Below are positions 10,041-19,197 of a stretch of DNA of 64,000 nt, piece by piece. A program made the position numbers and the translations under genes. This stretch comes from Alphaproteobacteria bacterium (lineage in GTDB: Bacteria; Pseudomonadota; Alphaproteobacteria; RF32; CAG-239), in contig SUUV01000003.1 in NCBI GenBank assembly GCA_015062345.1, positions 15,572 through 79,571 on the forward strand, written 5' to 3'. How positions within the stretch are numbered: position 1 is the first letter of the stretch; each line of letters opens with the position of its first letter. A model generated the notes under the pieces. That model was not told where the DNA came from, did not search any database, and was given only the letters and a program-made list of their open reading frames with translations.

Positions 10041-10481
10041 ATGACAGAATATAATGATACAGATAAGCAAATTATGATACACACTTTTAAGTCTCGTGAT
10101 AAATCTCGCTTGCAAGAGCTCATAAAATTTGCTAAAGAGAGTGGATTTTCCAAAATCGGGGTTGCCAATTGCAAAGCCGTACAACCTTATGCTGACAAGT
10201 TGATAACACATTTACAAAATGCCGGCTTTAGTGTTTTTTCCATAAACTGTAAAGACAGTTGCTTAAATGGTTGTTGTATATCAGATGAAATGAGGGGACC
10301 CTGTTGTGACCCGCTGTCACAAGCATTGTTTTTAAACAAATGTCAAACTGAGTTAAATATCAATGTGGGTTTGTGCTTAGGCCATGGCATTGTTTTTGCA
10401 AAACATAGCATAGCACCGGTTACAACCTTTTTGGTAAAAGATTTTGCTACCGAACATAAAACCATTGAATCTTTGAAATAA
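10041..10481 (+). CDS. Hypothetical cysteine-rich protein.
   Basis: 146 aa with a CC/CxxC-rich central region. Confidence 0.5.
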   Translation: MTEYNDTDKQIMIHTFKSRDKSRLQELIKFAKESGFSKIGVANCKAVQPYADKLITHLQNAGFSVFSINCKDSCLNGCCISDEMRGPCCDPLSQALFLNKCQTELNINVGLCLGHGIVFAKHSIAPVTTFLVKDFATEHKTIESLK

Positions 10482-10495
10482 GAAAAAAGCTGTAA

Positions 10496-11134
10496 CTAGT
10501 AATACCACATGATATAAACTCTGCAACTGGAACTAGTCTTTAAGCAACTATTACAAAGGGTGTCTATGTCACTAATTGTCATAGTTTTAAGACATTTTAC
10601 ATTATCCGTGCAGTAAGCATCTCCGTATAAATTACCATTAGATGTTGATATCTGTGTTTGCATATCTCGGCTATCGGTTGTTACATATCCTAGTTGAAAG
10701 GAGTTAGCTTTGGCAACATCAATAAGATTATAGCAAATATCCAGTTCATCGGAAGTAAAACTATAACCTATGCCTGACCTTTTCATTGATGTATTATAGA
10801 ATAACCAGATGTCATTATTAAACATATCTTTCAGAAATGTAGGGTCACGGGCAATTTCAAAACCATCCGGGACAAAGCCGGCTTTATAAAATGTTTCTGT
10901 ATACCAAGCTGTTCCGTTTTCATCAATAGAACCTGCAAAATTGGTTGTTTTTTCCGATTGTTGAATAGCAGTATTTAGGAGCATATTAAAGCTTTGAGCA
11001 TGCGTATTTAGTTTATATTTCATCATCGCTTTAGAATATCCGGCAATAGCACCGACCGATAAAACTCCGATTATGGCCAATACACCAAGCATTTCAACCA
11101 TACTTCTTCCAAGCTCACAAATTTTTCTCATCAA
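10496..11134 (-). CDS. Type IV pilin-like protein, paralog 1.
   Basis: Class III signal peptide MMRKICELG|RSMVEMLGVLAIIGVL with E at +5. C-terminal Cys pairs. Confidence 0.7.
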   Translation of the reverse strand: MMRKICELGRSMVEMLGVLAIIGVLSVGAIAGYSKAMMKYKLNTHAQSFNMLLNTAIQQSEKTTNFAGSIDENGTAWYTETFYKAGFVPDGFEIARDPTFLKDMFNNDIWLFYNTSMKRSGIGYSFTSDELDICYNLIDVAKANSFQLGYVTTDSRDMQTQISTSNGNLYGDAYCTDNVKCLKTMTISDIDTLCNSCLKTSSSCRVYIMWYY

Positions 11135-11215
11135 CTAACTCCATATATTATATTCTGTTCACATTCTAAACCGTTTTTTTTTTTTGCAATTTTAAAGAGT
11201 CTATTGTGGATATTT
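11135..11215 (-). promoter_or_regulatory. Promoter of pilin-like gene 1, with the same TTGCAA-A12-CGGTTTAGAAT core as the MRKYF promoters.
   Basis: Reverse complement reads agactcttt..ttgcaaaaaaaaaaaacggtttagaatg. Confidence 0.6.
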
Positions 11216-11290
11216 AATCATTTTTGAGGTGATAGTCAAATAAATTTATATTTATCATCGCTTAATAACTTTAGTAAGCAATTATTACCG

Positions 11291-11470
11291 AAGTCCGCCT
11301 CCTAACTGTCACTCCGGCACTTGATGCTGAAATCCGCCTCCTCACTGTCACTCCGGCACTTGATGCCGGAGTCCAGGTGGTAATATAGCTTTATTTATTC
11401 CTAGATACCGGTGTCTATTCCAAGCTAAAGCTTGGGCACCGATATGACCGTGATGAGAGAGACACCTCTA
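11291..11470. repeat. Conserved structured element A, copy 1. Its 5' ~40 bp are tandemly duplicated.
   Basis: Shared with 22619..22751 and 53737..53880. Contains nested inverted repeats. Confidence 0.7.
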
Positions 11471-11607
11471 CACCATTTTTGATTTAAATTCTTTATTAGA
11501 CTCTTTTTACTTGCAAAAAAAAAAAACGGTTTATGATGCAATGTGAAAGGTTAATTTTGCACCTTTCAAATGTACTTAAACTTAATTTTTGTAAAGGATT
11601 TAAAATT
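11471..11607 (+). promoter_or_regulatory. Promoter-leader module B2 (A12 tract).
   Basis: Same module as B1. Confidence 0.7.
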
Positions 11608-12075
11608 ATGAGAAAATATTTTCTTTTATCTGCGGTTGCAATGCTCGTTGCAACATCAGCAAACGCAACCACAGACTATGCCGAAGTAACCGCTAAAGCT
11701 ACAATTGAAGTGGCTAATACTTTTACTTGTTCTGATTTAAACTTCGGTACCATCGTCGTTAAACAGAATAATGGTGATTCAAAAGTTATTGCCAATTCTG
11801 TCGTAGGAGTAATTTTTGAAGGAGACATTTTATCTGTTAGCAGTGATGCATCATATTCACAATGTCATGGCTTTGGCGAAACAATGGATCCTGAAGGTAG
11901 CTTTAATACTTCCGTTCCTGATTCTGTACCACTTACAGATGGAACTAATGAATTGGAAGTTAAACCTTCTTTAGATAGTTCGTCCATGGATATTATTGGT
12001 GGTGAATTAGAAATCCCTGCCCATGTTAAAGCAGGTGAATATACAGGTTCATTTACCGTAACTTTCACCTACTAA
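11608..12075 (+). CDS. MRKYF family paralog 2.
   Basis: MRKYFLLSAVAMLVATSANATTDYAEVTAKATIEVANTFTCSDLNFG...GEYTGSFTVTFTY. Start chosen at the conserved MRKYF, not at the ORF-track extension. Confidence 0.8.
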   Translation: MRKYFLLSAVAMLVATSANATTDYAEVTAKATIEVANTFTCSDLNFGTIVVKQNNGDSKVIANSVVGVIFEGDILSVSSDASYSQCHGFGETMDPEGSFNTSVPDSVPLTDGTNELEVKPSLDSSSMDIIGGELEIPAHVKAGEYTGSFTVTFTY

Positions 12076-12090
12076 TTTTATTAAACTGAC

Positions 12091-12126
12091 ACTACCCTGA
12101 TTTTTTTAAGTCAGGGTAGTTTTTTA
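12091..12126 (+). terminator. Intrinsic terminator.
   Basis: ctaccctga-N8-tcagggtag followed by a T-run. Confidence 0.65.
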
Positions 12127-12188
12127 TTATTTATTTATAAATAAATTTATGCTATTAAGATAAAAAAATTTATGTGAAGGAAAAAAAT

Positions 12189-13193
12189 ATGACCAAAATT
12201 GCAATTGCCGGTGTTATGGAAAATATCGGTCGTGAAATTTTAAGTTTTTTTGAACAAGACGGTGTATCCGTTGACGACATTATTGCTCTTGAGCCTAAAG
12301 CCCCGATGGGTACAATGGTTTCTTATGGTGAAGATGATGATTTAGATGTGTTAAATCTTGATGATTTTGACTTTGCCAAAGCTGATGTTGTTGTTTTTGC
12401 CACATCGGAAGAAATCAGCAAACGCTACATTACCAAAGCTCAGGCCAAAGGTGTTAAAATTGTTGATTGTTCGGGTGCCACTTTTACCGACCAAGATGTG
12501 CCGATGATTGTGCATGGAGTTAATGATGCCAATATATCAAATGCCAAGAAAAATATTGTGTCTGTACCTTCGGCATTTGTAACCCAAATTTTGCAACCGC
12601 TTGCAAAAGTCAATCAAGATTTAAGCATAATCAGATTTAACATAAATGCTTACATTTCAACATCTGCTTACGGCAAAGAAGCAATGGACGAGCTTTTTAA
12701 TCAGACTCGTAAAATTTATATGAATTCAACCTTGGTTGATGATGAAACGGTGTTTAAAAAACAAATTGCTTTTAATGTGTTGCCGCAAGTGGGTGAATTT
12801 ATCGGTGAAGAAACCAAAACCGAATGGGAAATTAATGCTCAAATCAAAAAAGTGCTGGGCGGAAATATGAAAATCCACGCAAATTGCGCCTTTGTTCCGG
12901 CTTTTATCGGTGCAGGTATGTTTGTTAATGCCGAATGCTTGAACGAAGTTGATGCCGACAATGTCAGAGCATTGATGCAACAAACCGATGGTGTAGTTGT
13001 TTTTGATAAGCAAGTTGACGGCGGATATGTGAGCCTTACCGATGTTCAGGGCGAAGAAGAAATTTATGTCAGTCGTGTTCGTCAAGATTTGTCGGTTGAA
13101 AACGGATTTTCTTTTTGGGTTGTTGCCGACAATTTGCGTGCCGGAATGGCCAAAAATGCGTTTAATGTAACCAAAATGTTGCTTAATATTTAA
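12189..13193 (+). CDS. Aspartate-semialdehyde dehydrogenase homolog. It appears to lack the GxxGxxG motif and the catalytic Cys.
   Basis: The ASADH-like fold is recognisable along the whole length, but the sequence reads IAIAGVMENIGREIL and VSVPSAFVTQILQPL where ATGxVG and NCST are expected. ATG at 12189 has an AAGGA RBS. Confidence 0.55.
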   Translation: MTKIAIAGVMENIGREILSFFEQDGVSVDDIIALEPKAPMGTMVSYGEDDDLDVLNLDDFDFAKADVVVFATSEEISKRYITKAQAKGVKIVDCSGATFTDQDVPMIVHGVNDANISNAKKNIVSVPSAFVTQILQPLAKVNQDLSIIRFNINAYISTSAYGKEAMDELFNQTRKIYMNSTLVDDETVFKKQIAFNVLPQVGEFIGEETKTEWEINAQIKKVLGGNMKIHANCAFVPAFIGAGMFVNAECLNEVDADNVRALMQQTDGVVVFDKQVDGGYVSLTDVQGEEEIYVSRVRQDLSVENGFSFWVVADNLRAGMAKNAFNVTKMLLNI

Positions 13194-13204
13194 GAGAGGT
13201 AAAT

Positions 13205-15610
13205 ATGAACAAGCTTTTTAAGTTTTTTTTAGTTTGTGTTTTAGTTGTGTTGCAATTAGGTTTTGCGCAAGCTCAAGAGACACAAAAACCTTTTGATTTT
13301 ACGCAAACTTCAAATCAACTTTCCAAAATGGAACAAAACTTAAAAAGCGGTAATTATACACTTGAAAACATTGATGAAAATTCTGCTTTTTTAAACAATC
13401 TGACAACTATTTTACAATCGGTTAAAAAAGAAAACGAAAAAGAACTCAAAACTGCACAAAAACAGCTCGAGGCTTTAGGTGCAGAGCCTGAAGAAGGCGC
13501 TGTCGAACTTGATGAATTGGCAAAAAAAAGGCAAGAGTTTAAAAACAATTTGGCAGTGCTTAAAAATAAAATTGCCGAAACAGATTTATTGCAAGTTAAA
13601 ATTGATGAGTTAAATATTCTGATATTAAATTCTCGCAATCAAAAACTTATCGGCTCGCTGGTAAACAGACAATCTATGTTTATTGAACCGCAAACATTTA
13701 TTTTGGGTATCAAGTCTTTGATAAGCTTTTTCTGGGACATCGCAAAATCGCCGGTTGTTTGGTATAATACCGAATTAAACGAACAGGCAAAAACCTATGT
13801 TTTAAGCTATCTTATTCCGATTTTCTTTATTTTGATTATTGCTTTTTGGCTAGGACTTTTATTAAAGCGCTTAATTTTAACAAATTTAGGCTATCGCCAA
13901 GACATTGAAAACCCTCGTTACGGTCAAAAAATTATGGCATCGGTGTTTGTGGCTGTTGCATATGGTGTTATTCCGTCACTTATTATCGGAAGCTTTTTGT
14001 TGTGGCTGATAGGTACAAAAATATTTACTATCGGATTTTTCGGTCGTGTCTTAAACAGTGCACTTTTTTATCTGTTGTATGTCATATTAGCCAAAGCAAT
14101 TGCCAGAGTTACATTTGCTCCATATAACGAAAAATGGCGCTTGTTGAATGTTTCAACACCAAAAGCCGTAGCTATTGTAAAATCATTAAATTTGAGCATT
14201 GTGTTAATCGGAATTATATCGTTTTTAGAGCATATGGCCGTAAATTATGACTATTCGCAAGATTTGTTAAACGGTTTAACGATTATTGCTTGCGCCATAA
14301 AATCGTTTGTTATTGTTTTATTGACCGGAAAAATTTTCAATCAGGATGAAAACAAAAACACTGTCGAATGCAAAGCAGAAGATGAAAATGATGATGACAG
14401 CATTTCTGCCTCTGCAAAAATTTTATTTTCAACAGCTTTTATTTGTGTCGTAACTTTCGGAGTATCAATTTTCGGTTATCCCGAATTGTCGGAATATATC
14501 TTAAATCGCATAATTTTAAGTGCCATAATTTTAAGTGCGTTTTTGATTGTGCATCGCTTGCTTTCAGAGGTTTTGCGCAGAATCTTATTGTTAGGATTTT
14601 GGGGAAAAACATTTAAAATCAGACGAAAAGTTTTAACAAAAGTAAATTTTGGTTTAAGCCTTGTTCTAAATCCGTTACTGGCTTTGATGTTTATTTTTGT
14701 GGCCTTAAATTTATGGGGACTGTCCGGCGATTTTATTATTCATGTAGCAAAAAAAGTTTTGTTTGGTTTTAAGGTTGGCGGAGTAGAAATTTCTTTGGTG
14801 GCAATTGTATTATCAATTGTGGTATTTTTTGCTTCTCTTGCTCTTGTTAAATTGGCAAAAAATCATCTTACCAACAATGTGTTTACAAAACTCAATATGG
14901 ACGAAGGTATCAAACACTCTTTATCTTCGGGAATTGGGTTTATCGGGTTTATAATATCCATATTGCTTGCCATAATTGTTATGGGAGCCGACCTTACAAA
15001 CTTGGCTGTAATTGCCGGTGCATTATCGGTCGGTATCGGTTTTGGTTTGCAAAATGTAATCAACAACTTTGTATCAGGAATTATCATTCTTTTTGAACGG
15101 CCGTTTAAGGTTGGCGATTGGGTAATTTTAGATAACCAAGAAGGAACAATTAAGCAAATTAATATTCGCTCAACCGAACTTGAGACTTTTAACAAGACAA
15201 GTGTTATCATACCAAACGCAACACTCTTGTCTTCGTCAATTATCAATATGACACATGACAACAATTGGACCAGAAAAGCCGTTACGGTCAGTGTGGCATA
15301 TGGTACCGATGTTAATAAGGTGACGGATATATTGTTAGAATGCGCCAAGAACAATAAAAAAATCTTGAAAACTCCGGCTCCGTATGTTCTTTTCCAAGAC
15401 TTTGGTGCCAATTCTTTAGAATTTGAACTCAGATGCTATTCTAAAAACATTTGGGAAGGGTGGAGCATCCCCAGTGAGTTGCGTTACGAAATTAATAAAC
15501 GATTTATTGAAGAAAAAATTGAAATTCCGTTTCCACAACTTGTCATTCACCGAGGCGATAAAGTGGCTTCCGAAACGCAGTTTTATGCACATAAGGAAGA
15601 AGAAGAATAA
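13205..15610 (+). CDS. MscS-family mechanosensitive channel (MscK/KefA-like, large).
   Basis: Signal peptide, periplasmic coiled coil, multiple TMs, MscS core GIGFGLQNVINNFVSGIIILFERPFKVGDWV. Confidence 0.85.
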   Translation: MNKLFKFFLVCVLVVLQLGFAQAQETQKPFDFTQTSNQLSKMEQNLKSGNYTLENIDENSAFLNNLTTILQSVKKENEKELKTAQKQLEALGAEPEEGAVELDELAKKRQEFKNNLAVLKNKIAETDLLQVKIDELNILILNSRNQKLIGSLVNRQSMFIEPQTFILGIKSLISFFWDIAKSPVVWYNTELNEQAKTYVLSYLIPIFFILIIAFWLGLLLKRLILTNLGYRQDIENPRYGQKIMASVFVAVAYGVIPSLIIGSFLLWLIGTKIFTIGFFGRVLNSALFYLLYVILAKAIARVTFAPYNEKWRLLNVSTPKAVAIVKSLNLSIVLIGIISFLEHMAVNYDYSQDLLNGLTIIACAIKSFVIVLLTGKIFNQDENKNTVECKAEDENDDDSISASAKILFSTAFICVVTFGVSIFGYPELSEYILNRIILSAIILSAFLIVHRLLSEVLRRILLLGFWGKTFKIRRKVLTKVNFGLSLVLNPLLALMFIFVALNLWGLSGDFIIHVAKKVLFGFKVGGVEISLVAIVLSIVVFFASLALVKLAKNHLTNNVFTKLNMDEGIKHSLSSGIGFIGFIISILLAIIVMGADLTNLAVIAGALSVGIGFGLQNVINNFVSGIIILFERPFKVGDWVILDNQEGTIKQINIRSTELETFNKTSVIIPNATLLSSSIINMTHDNNWTRKAVTVSVAYGTDVNKVTDILLECAKNNKKILKTPAPYVLFQDFGANSLEFELRCYSKNIWEGWSIPSELRYEINKRFIEEKIEIPFPQLVIHRGDKVASETQFYAHKEEEE

Positions 15611-15623
15611 TTGTAAAAAAATT

Positions 15624-15653
15624 TCAACCGTCTTAGTTAAGGCGGTTTTTTTA
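15624..15653 (+). terminator. Weak intrinsic terminator.
   Basis: aaccg...cggtt followed by T7. Confidence 0.4.
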
Positions 15654-15693
15654 TGCTAAAGTTTACTTTTTAACAGATAAAAAGGAACTTTAA

Positions 15694-16296
15694 ATGATTT
15701 ACGGATATGTGCGTGTGAGCAGCGACAAACAAACAACTCAAAACCAAATTTTTGAAATAAATTCTTTTGCAAAAAGTAACAATCTTAAAATTGACAATTG
15801 GATAAACGAAACCATAAGCGGACTGTATGATGTAAAAAAAAGAAAACTCGGTAAGCTCTTAAAAAAAATGAAAAAAGGCGACATTATGATTAGCTCCGAG
15901 CTTTCAAGATTAGGCCGCAATTTATTGCAGGTTATGAGTATTTTATCATATTGTATGGAGCACGAAATTGCTGTTTGGACCATAAAAGATAATTATCGAT
16001 TAAGCATTGATATTCAGTCAAAAATTATGGCTTTTGCGTTCGGATTATCGGCAGAAATTGAACGCAATTTGATTTCTCAGCGAACAAAAGAAGCTTTGGC
16101 TCGCTTAAAAGCCGAAGGTAAAACTTTGGGAAGACCTAAAGGAACATTAAAAGCTCAATATGTTTTAGAGCAAAATAAAGAGCAAATTTTAAATGATATA
16201 AAATCTGATGTACCTTTTATTAAAATCGCCGACAAATTTAATGTTTGTGATAAAACCTTGCGAAGATTTTTAAAAAAAAATAATATTAGCTATTGA
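15694..16296 (+). CDS. Small serine recombinase (resolvase/invertase family).
   Basis: N-terminal YGYVRVSSDKQ catalytic motif. C-terminal HTH. 200 aa. Confidence 0.85.
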   Translation: MIYGYVRVSSDKQTTQNQIFEINSFAKSNNLKIDNWINETISGLYDVKKRKLGKLLKKMKKGDIMISSELSRLGRNLLQVMSILSYCMEHEIAVWTIKDNYRLSIDIQSKIMAFAFGLSAEIERNLISQRTKEALARLKAEGKTLGRPKGTLKAQYVLEQNKEQILNDIKSDVPFIKIADKFNVCDKTLRRFLKKNNISY

Positions 16297-16352
16297 AAAG
16301 CAAATTTTCAACCCTATCTAAAAGTTGTAATTTTTTAACTAAAGATAGGGAT

Positions 16353-17285
16353 ATGACGCAAAATATAAAAATAGCCGTACAATTTTTCGGGCACTTAAGG
16401 ACATTTGAAAAATGTGCCATAAGTATTAAAAAACACATTTTATCAAAATATGACTGTGATGTGTTTATGCATACTTGGTCAGATACTGAGCATTCAACAC
16501 AAACTTGGCACAATATGAAATCTAAGGTGCAAACCGTAAATCAAAAAATGCTTGAAAAAATTGAAAAACAATATCTGCCGAAGATGACCTTGGTTGAAAA
16601 GCAAATTTTGCCCGAAGATGATACCTTAATGGCTTGTATGCATAATAAAAAAGCAAAAATGATTTCGGCAAACGGTATGAAATTTATGCTAAAATCACAA
16701 ATTAAGGTTAATGAACTTCGAAAACAATATGCCAAAAAAAACGGTATAAACTATGACATTGTCTTAATGTTGCGTCCGGATATTTATTTATATTCCGATT
16801 TAGATATAAATAAAATTGTAAAAGAATGTAATGCGGTTATAGATTATCCGGCTCGATTTTGTGTCAGTAACGCCTTAAAAAAGGGAGGGACTTGCGCTTT
16901 TACGAGTGATATGTTAAGTGATGTATTTTATTTGGCAACACCTTCAAGTATGGATTTAATTGTTGATGCATTTAAAAACATAAAATTTGAAAAATTTACC
17001 GAAAAACTGTGGACTCCTGAAAATCTGATTACCAATATCTTATTTAAAAAAGGTATTGCCACATTTGCTTTGTTATATTTTTTTAATCGAGATTTCGAAA
17101 TTATCAGAGGTTCATATTGCGACAAAGAAAAACGAAAAAGATTTATAAGTTTTAAGCTCTCGCATAAAACTTTAAGATTAAACATATTTGGTTTTATGGC
17201 AAAAAGCTTTGTTTCGATGGACTTTCATATATTTAACTTGTTTAATATAGATTTTTCAATAGGAAAACCTCATGCAAAATGCTGA
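16353..17285 (+). CDS. Hypothetical protein, possibly polysaccharide-related.
   Basis: ORF. ATG at MTQNIK lies downstream of a hairpin at 16308..16350; the track start at 16293 is a TTG extension. Confidence 0.5.
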   Translation: MTQNIKIAVQFFGHLRTFEKCAISIKKHILSKYDCDVFMHTWSDTEHSTQTWHNMKSKVQTVNQKMLEKIEKQYLPKMTLVEKQILPEDDTLMACMHNKKAKMISANGMKFMLKSQIKVNELRKQYAKKNGINYDIVLMLRPDIYLYSDLDINKIVKECNAVIDYPARFCVSNALKKGGTCAFTSDMLSDVFYLATPSSMDLIVDAFKNIKFEKFTEKLWTPENLITNILFKKGIATFALLYFFNRDFEIIRGSYCDKEKRKRFISFKLSHKTLRLNIFGFMAKSFVSMDFHIFNLFNIDFSIGKPHAKC

Positions 17286-18129
17286 ATTTATAAAACCCTT
17301 AACCGGACATTCCGGTTGCGGTTTAAATTTATATAAAAAGGACGATAAACTTTTTTTAAGAAAAGATTCAGGCGATTGTTCATACAACCGGCGCTTAAAA
17401 AAACAATATATTAAGCAAAACAAATTTTTCCTAAACGGTATAAGAACTCCGAAAATTTATAATCACGGACATGAAAACGGCTTATTTTACTTTGATATGG
17501 AGTTTTTAAACGGTATAACCTTGGCAGAATATATGTCCAATATCAAAATTAAGGAAATAAACTCGCTTATAGGCTTATTGTTTAAATCTTTACCGGTTGA
17601 AAGTTCTAAAATTTTACCTGATACCGATGCTGTTTTTAAGAAAAAAATCAGGCAAATCAAAACCAAACTGCGCCCAAGTGACAGCCAAGCCTTAATTGCA
17701 GTTGATATGCTCGAAAATTTTGATTTTTCTATGGTTCCGTTTAGCTATTGTTGCGGTGATTTGACCTTAGAAAACATTATGCTTGATGATAACAAACAAA
17801 TTTATTTAATTGATTTTCTTGATTCTTTTTATAACTCTTGGATGATTGATGTGGCAAAACTTTTGCAAGACTTAGAGCTTCATTGGTCTTATAGAAATCA
17901 GGAAGTTGACTTTAATTTATCCATGCGTTTGGCAGTGGCAAAAGAAGCCTTGTTGGAAAATATTGCCGAATATGAAAATGCAAAAGAAAACATCTGCACC
18001 ATTTATCACATTTTACTGTTAAACATTTTGCGCATAATTCCTTATGCCAAAGACGATAAAACGCATTTATTTTTAAAAAATGCTTTAAATAAAATTATAC
18101 AAACCATCAAACAAACGGAGAAAAATTGA
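17272..18129 (+). CDS. Protein-kinase-like phosphotransferase (choline kinase / APH family).
   Basis: Brenner/catalytic-loop-like GDLTLENIML and IDFLDS motifs. Confidence 0.6.
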   Translation: MQNAEFIKPLTGHSGCGLNLYKKDDKLFLRKDSGDCSYNRRLKKQYIKQNKFFLNGIRTPKIYNHGHENGLFYFDMEFLNGITLAEYMSNIKIKEINSLIGLLFKSLPVESSKILPDTDAVFKKKIRQIKTKLRPSDSQALIAVDMLENFDFSMVPFSYCCGDLTLENIMLDDNKQIYLIDFLDSFYNSWMIDVAKLLQDLELHWSYRNQEVDFNLSMRLAVAKEALLENIAEYENAKENICTIYHILLLNILRIIPYAKDDKTHLFLKNALNKIIQTIKQTEKN

Positions 18130-18130
18130 T

Positions 18131-19186
18131 ATGTGTACTCTTATAATTCCCTGTGCCGGAAAATCGAGCCGTTTTCCGAATATGAAACCCAAATGGATGC
18201 TAACTCACCCTGACGGCAAACTTATGATTGAAAAATCTTTGGAAGGTATAAATTTTGATAATTTCAAACGCATCATTATCACCATTGTCAAACCGCATGA
18301 TGAAAAATATGATGCCAAACTTATTTTGGAACAAGTTTTTCGGCATAATAAAAAAATTGAAATTTGTGTTTTGGAAGATTTTACGCAAAGTGCAAGCCAG
18401 ACCATATATTTAACCATACAAAAAATGAACATTCAAGGCGCTTTTGTGATTAAAGATTCGGATAACAAGGTTTTGTTTGATATGCCTCAAAAAATAAAAA
18501 ATGCAATTGTCGGGTTTGATTTAGCCAAGCATCCGGACATTGCCAACATTCCGGCAAAAAGTTTTTTGATTGTAAATGAACAAAACATTATTCAGGACAT
18601 TATCGAAAAACAAGTTGTGTCAAAGTGCATTTGTCTTGGTGTTTATATGTTTGAAAGGGCGTTCGATTTTATACAAGCTTATGAAGAATTAAGCCAAAAA
18701 AATGTCAAAGGAGAAATGTTTGTCAGCCACATAATTTCTTATATGCTAACTTGTGGCAACACCATATTTACGGCCATTATGGCTAACTTTTTTGAAGATT
18801 GGGGCACATTATCCGAGTGGCACAAAGTTCAAAAAAAGCATCGCACATATTTTGTTGATGTTGATGGCGTCATACTTAAAAATTCGGGCAAATACGGCAT
18901 TGTAAATTGGAGCAACAATAAAACGGTTTTAGAAGAAAATATCAAAAGCTTACTTGAGTTGCAAGAAAACGGTGCTCAAATTGTGATTACCACATCAAGA
19001 ACGGAAGAATATAGGGAAGATTTGATAAATATATTGCATCAAAACAAAATTTTTCCGTATGCGATTTTAATGGGTCTAAATCATGCGGCAAGAGTTGTTA
19101 TAAACGATTTTGCTCCGACTAATCCGTATCCGTCGGGCATAGCTGTCAGTTTGCCGAGAAATACTAATATTAAAGATTATTTATAA
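18131..19186 (+). CDS. Fusion of a nucleotidyltransferase (MobA/LicC-like) and a HAD-like phosphatase domain.
   Basis: N-terminal LIIPCAGKSSRF. C-terminal FVDVDGVI (HAD motif I). Confidence 0.6.
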   Translation: MCTLIIPCAGKSSRFPNMKPKWMLTHPDGKLMIEKSLEGINFDNFKRIIITIVKPHDEKYDAKLILEQVFRHNKKIEICVLEDFTQSASQTIYLTIQKMNIQGAFVIKDSDNKVLFDMPQKIKNAIVGFDLAKHPDIANIPAKSFLIVNEQNIIQDIIEKQVVSKCICLGVYMFERAFDFIQAYEELSQKNVKGEMFVSHIISYMLTCGNTIFTAIMANFFEDWGTLSEWHKVQKKHRTYFVDVDGVILKNSGKYGIVNWSNNKTVLEENIKSLLELQENGAQIVITTSRTEEYREDLINILHQNKIFPYAILMGLNHAARVVINDFAPTNPYPSGIAVSLPRNTNIKDYL

Positions 19187-19197
19187 AGGAGAGAATT

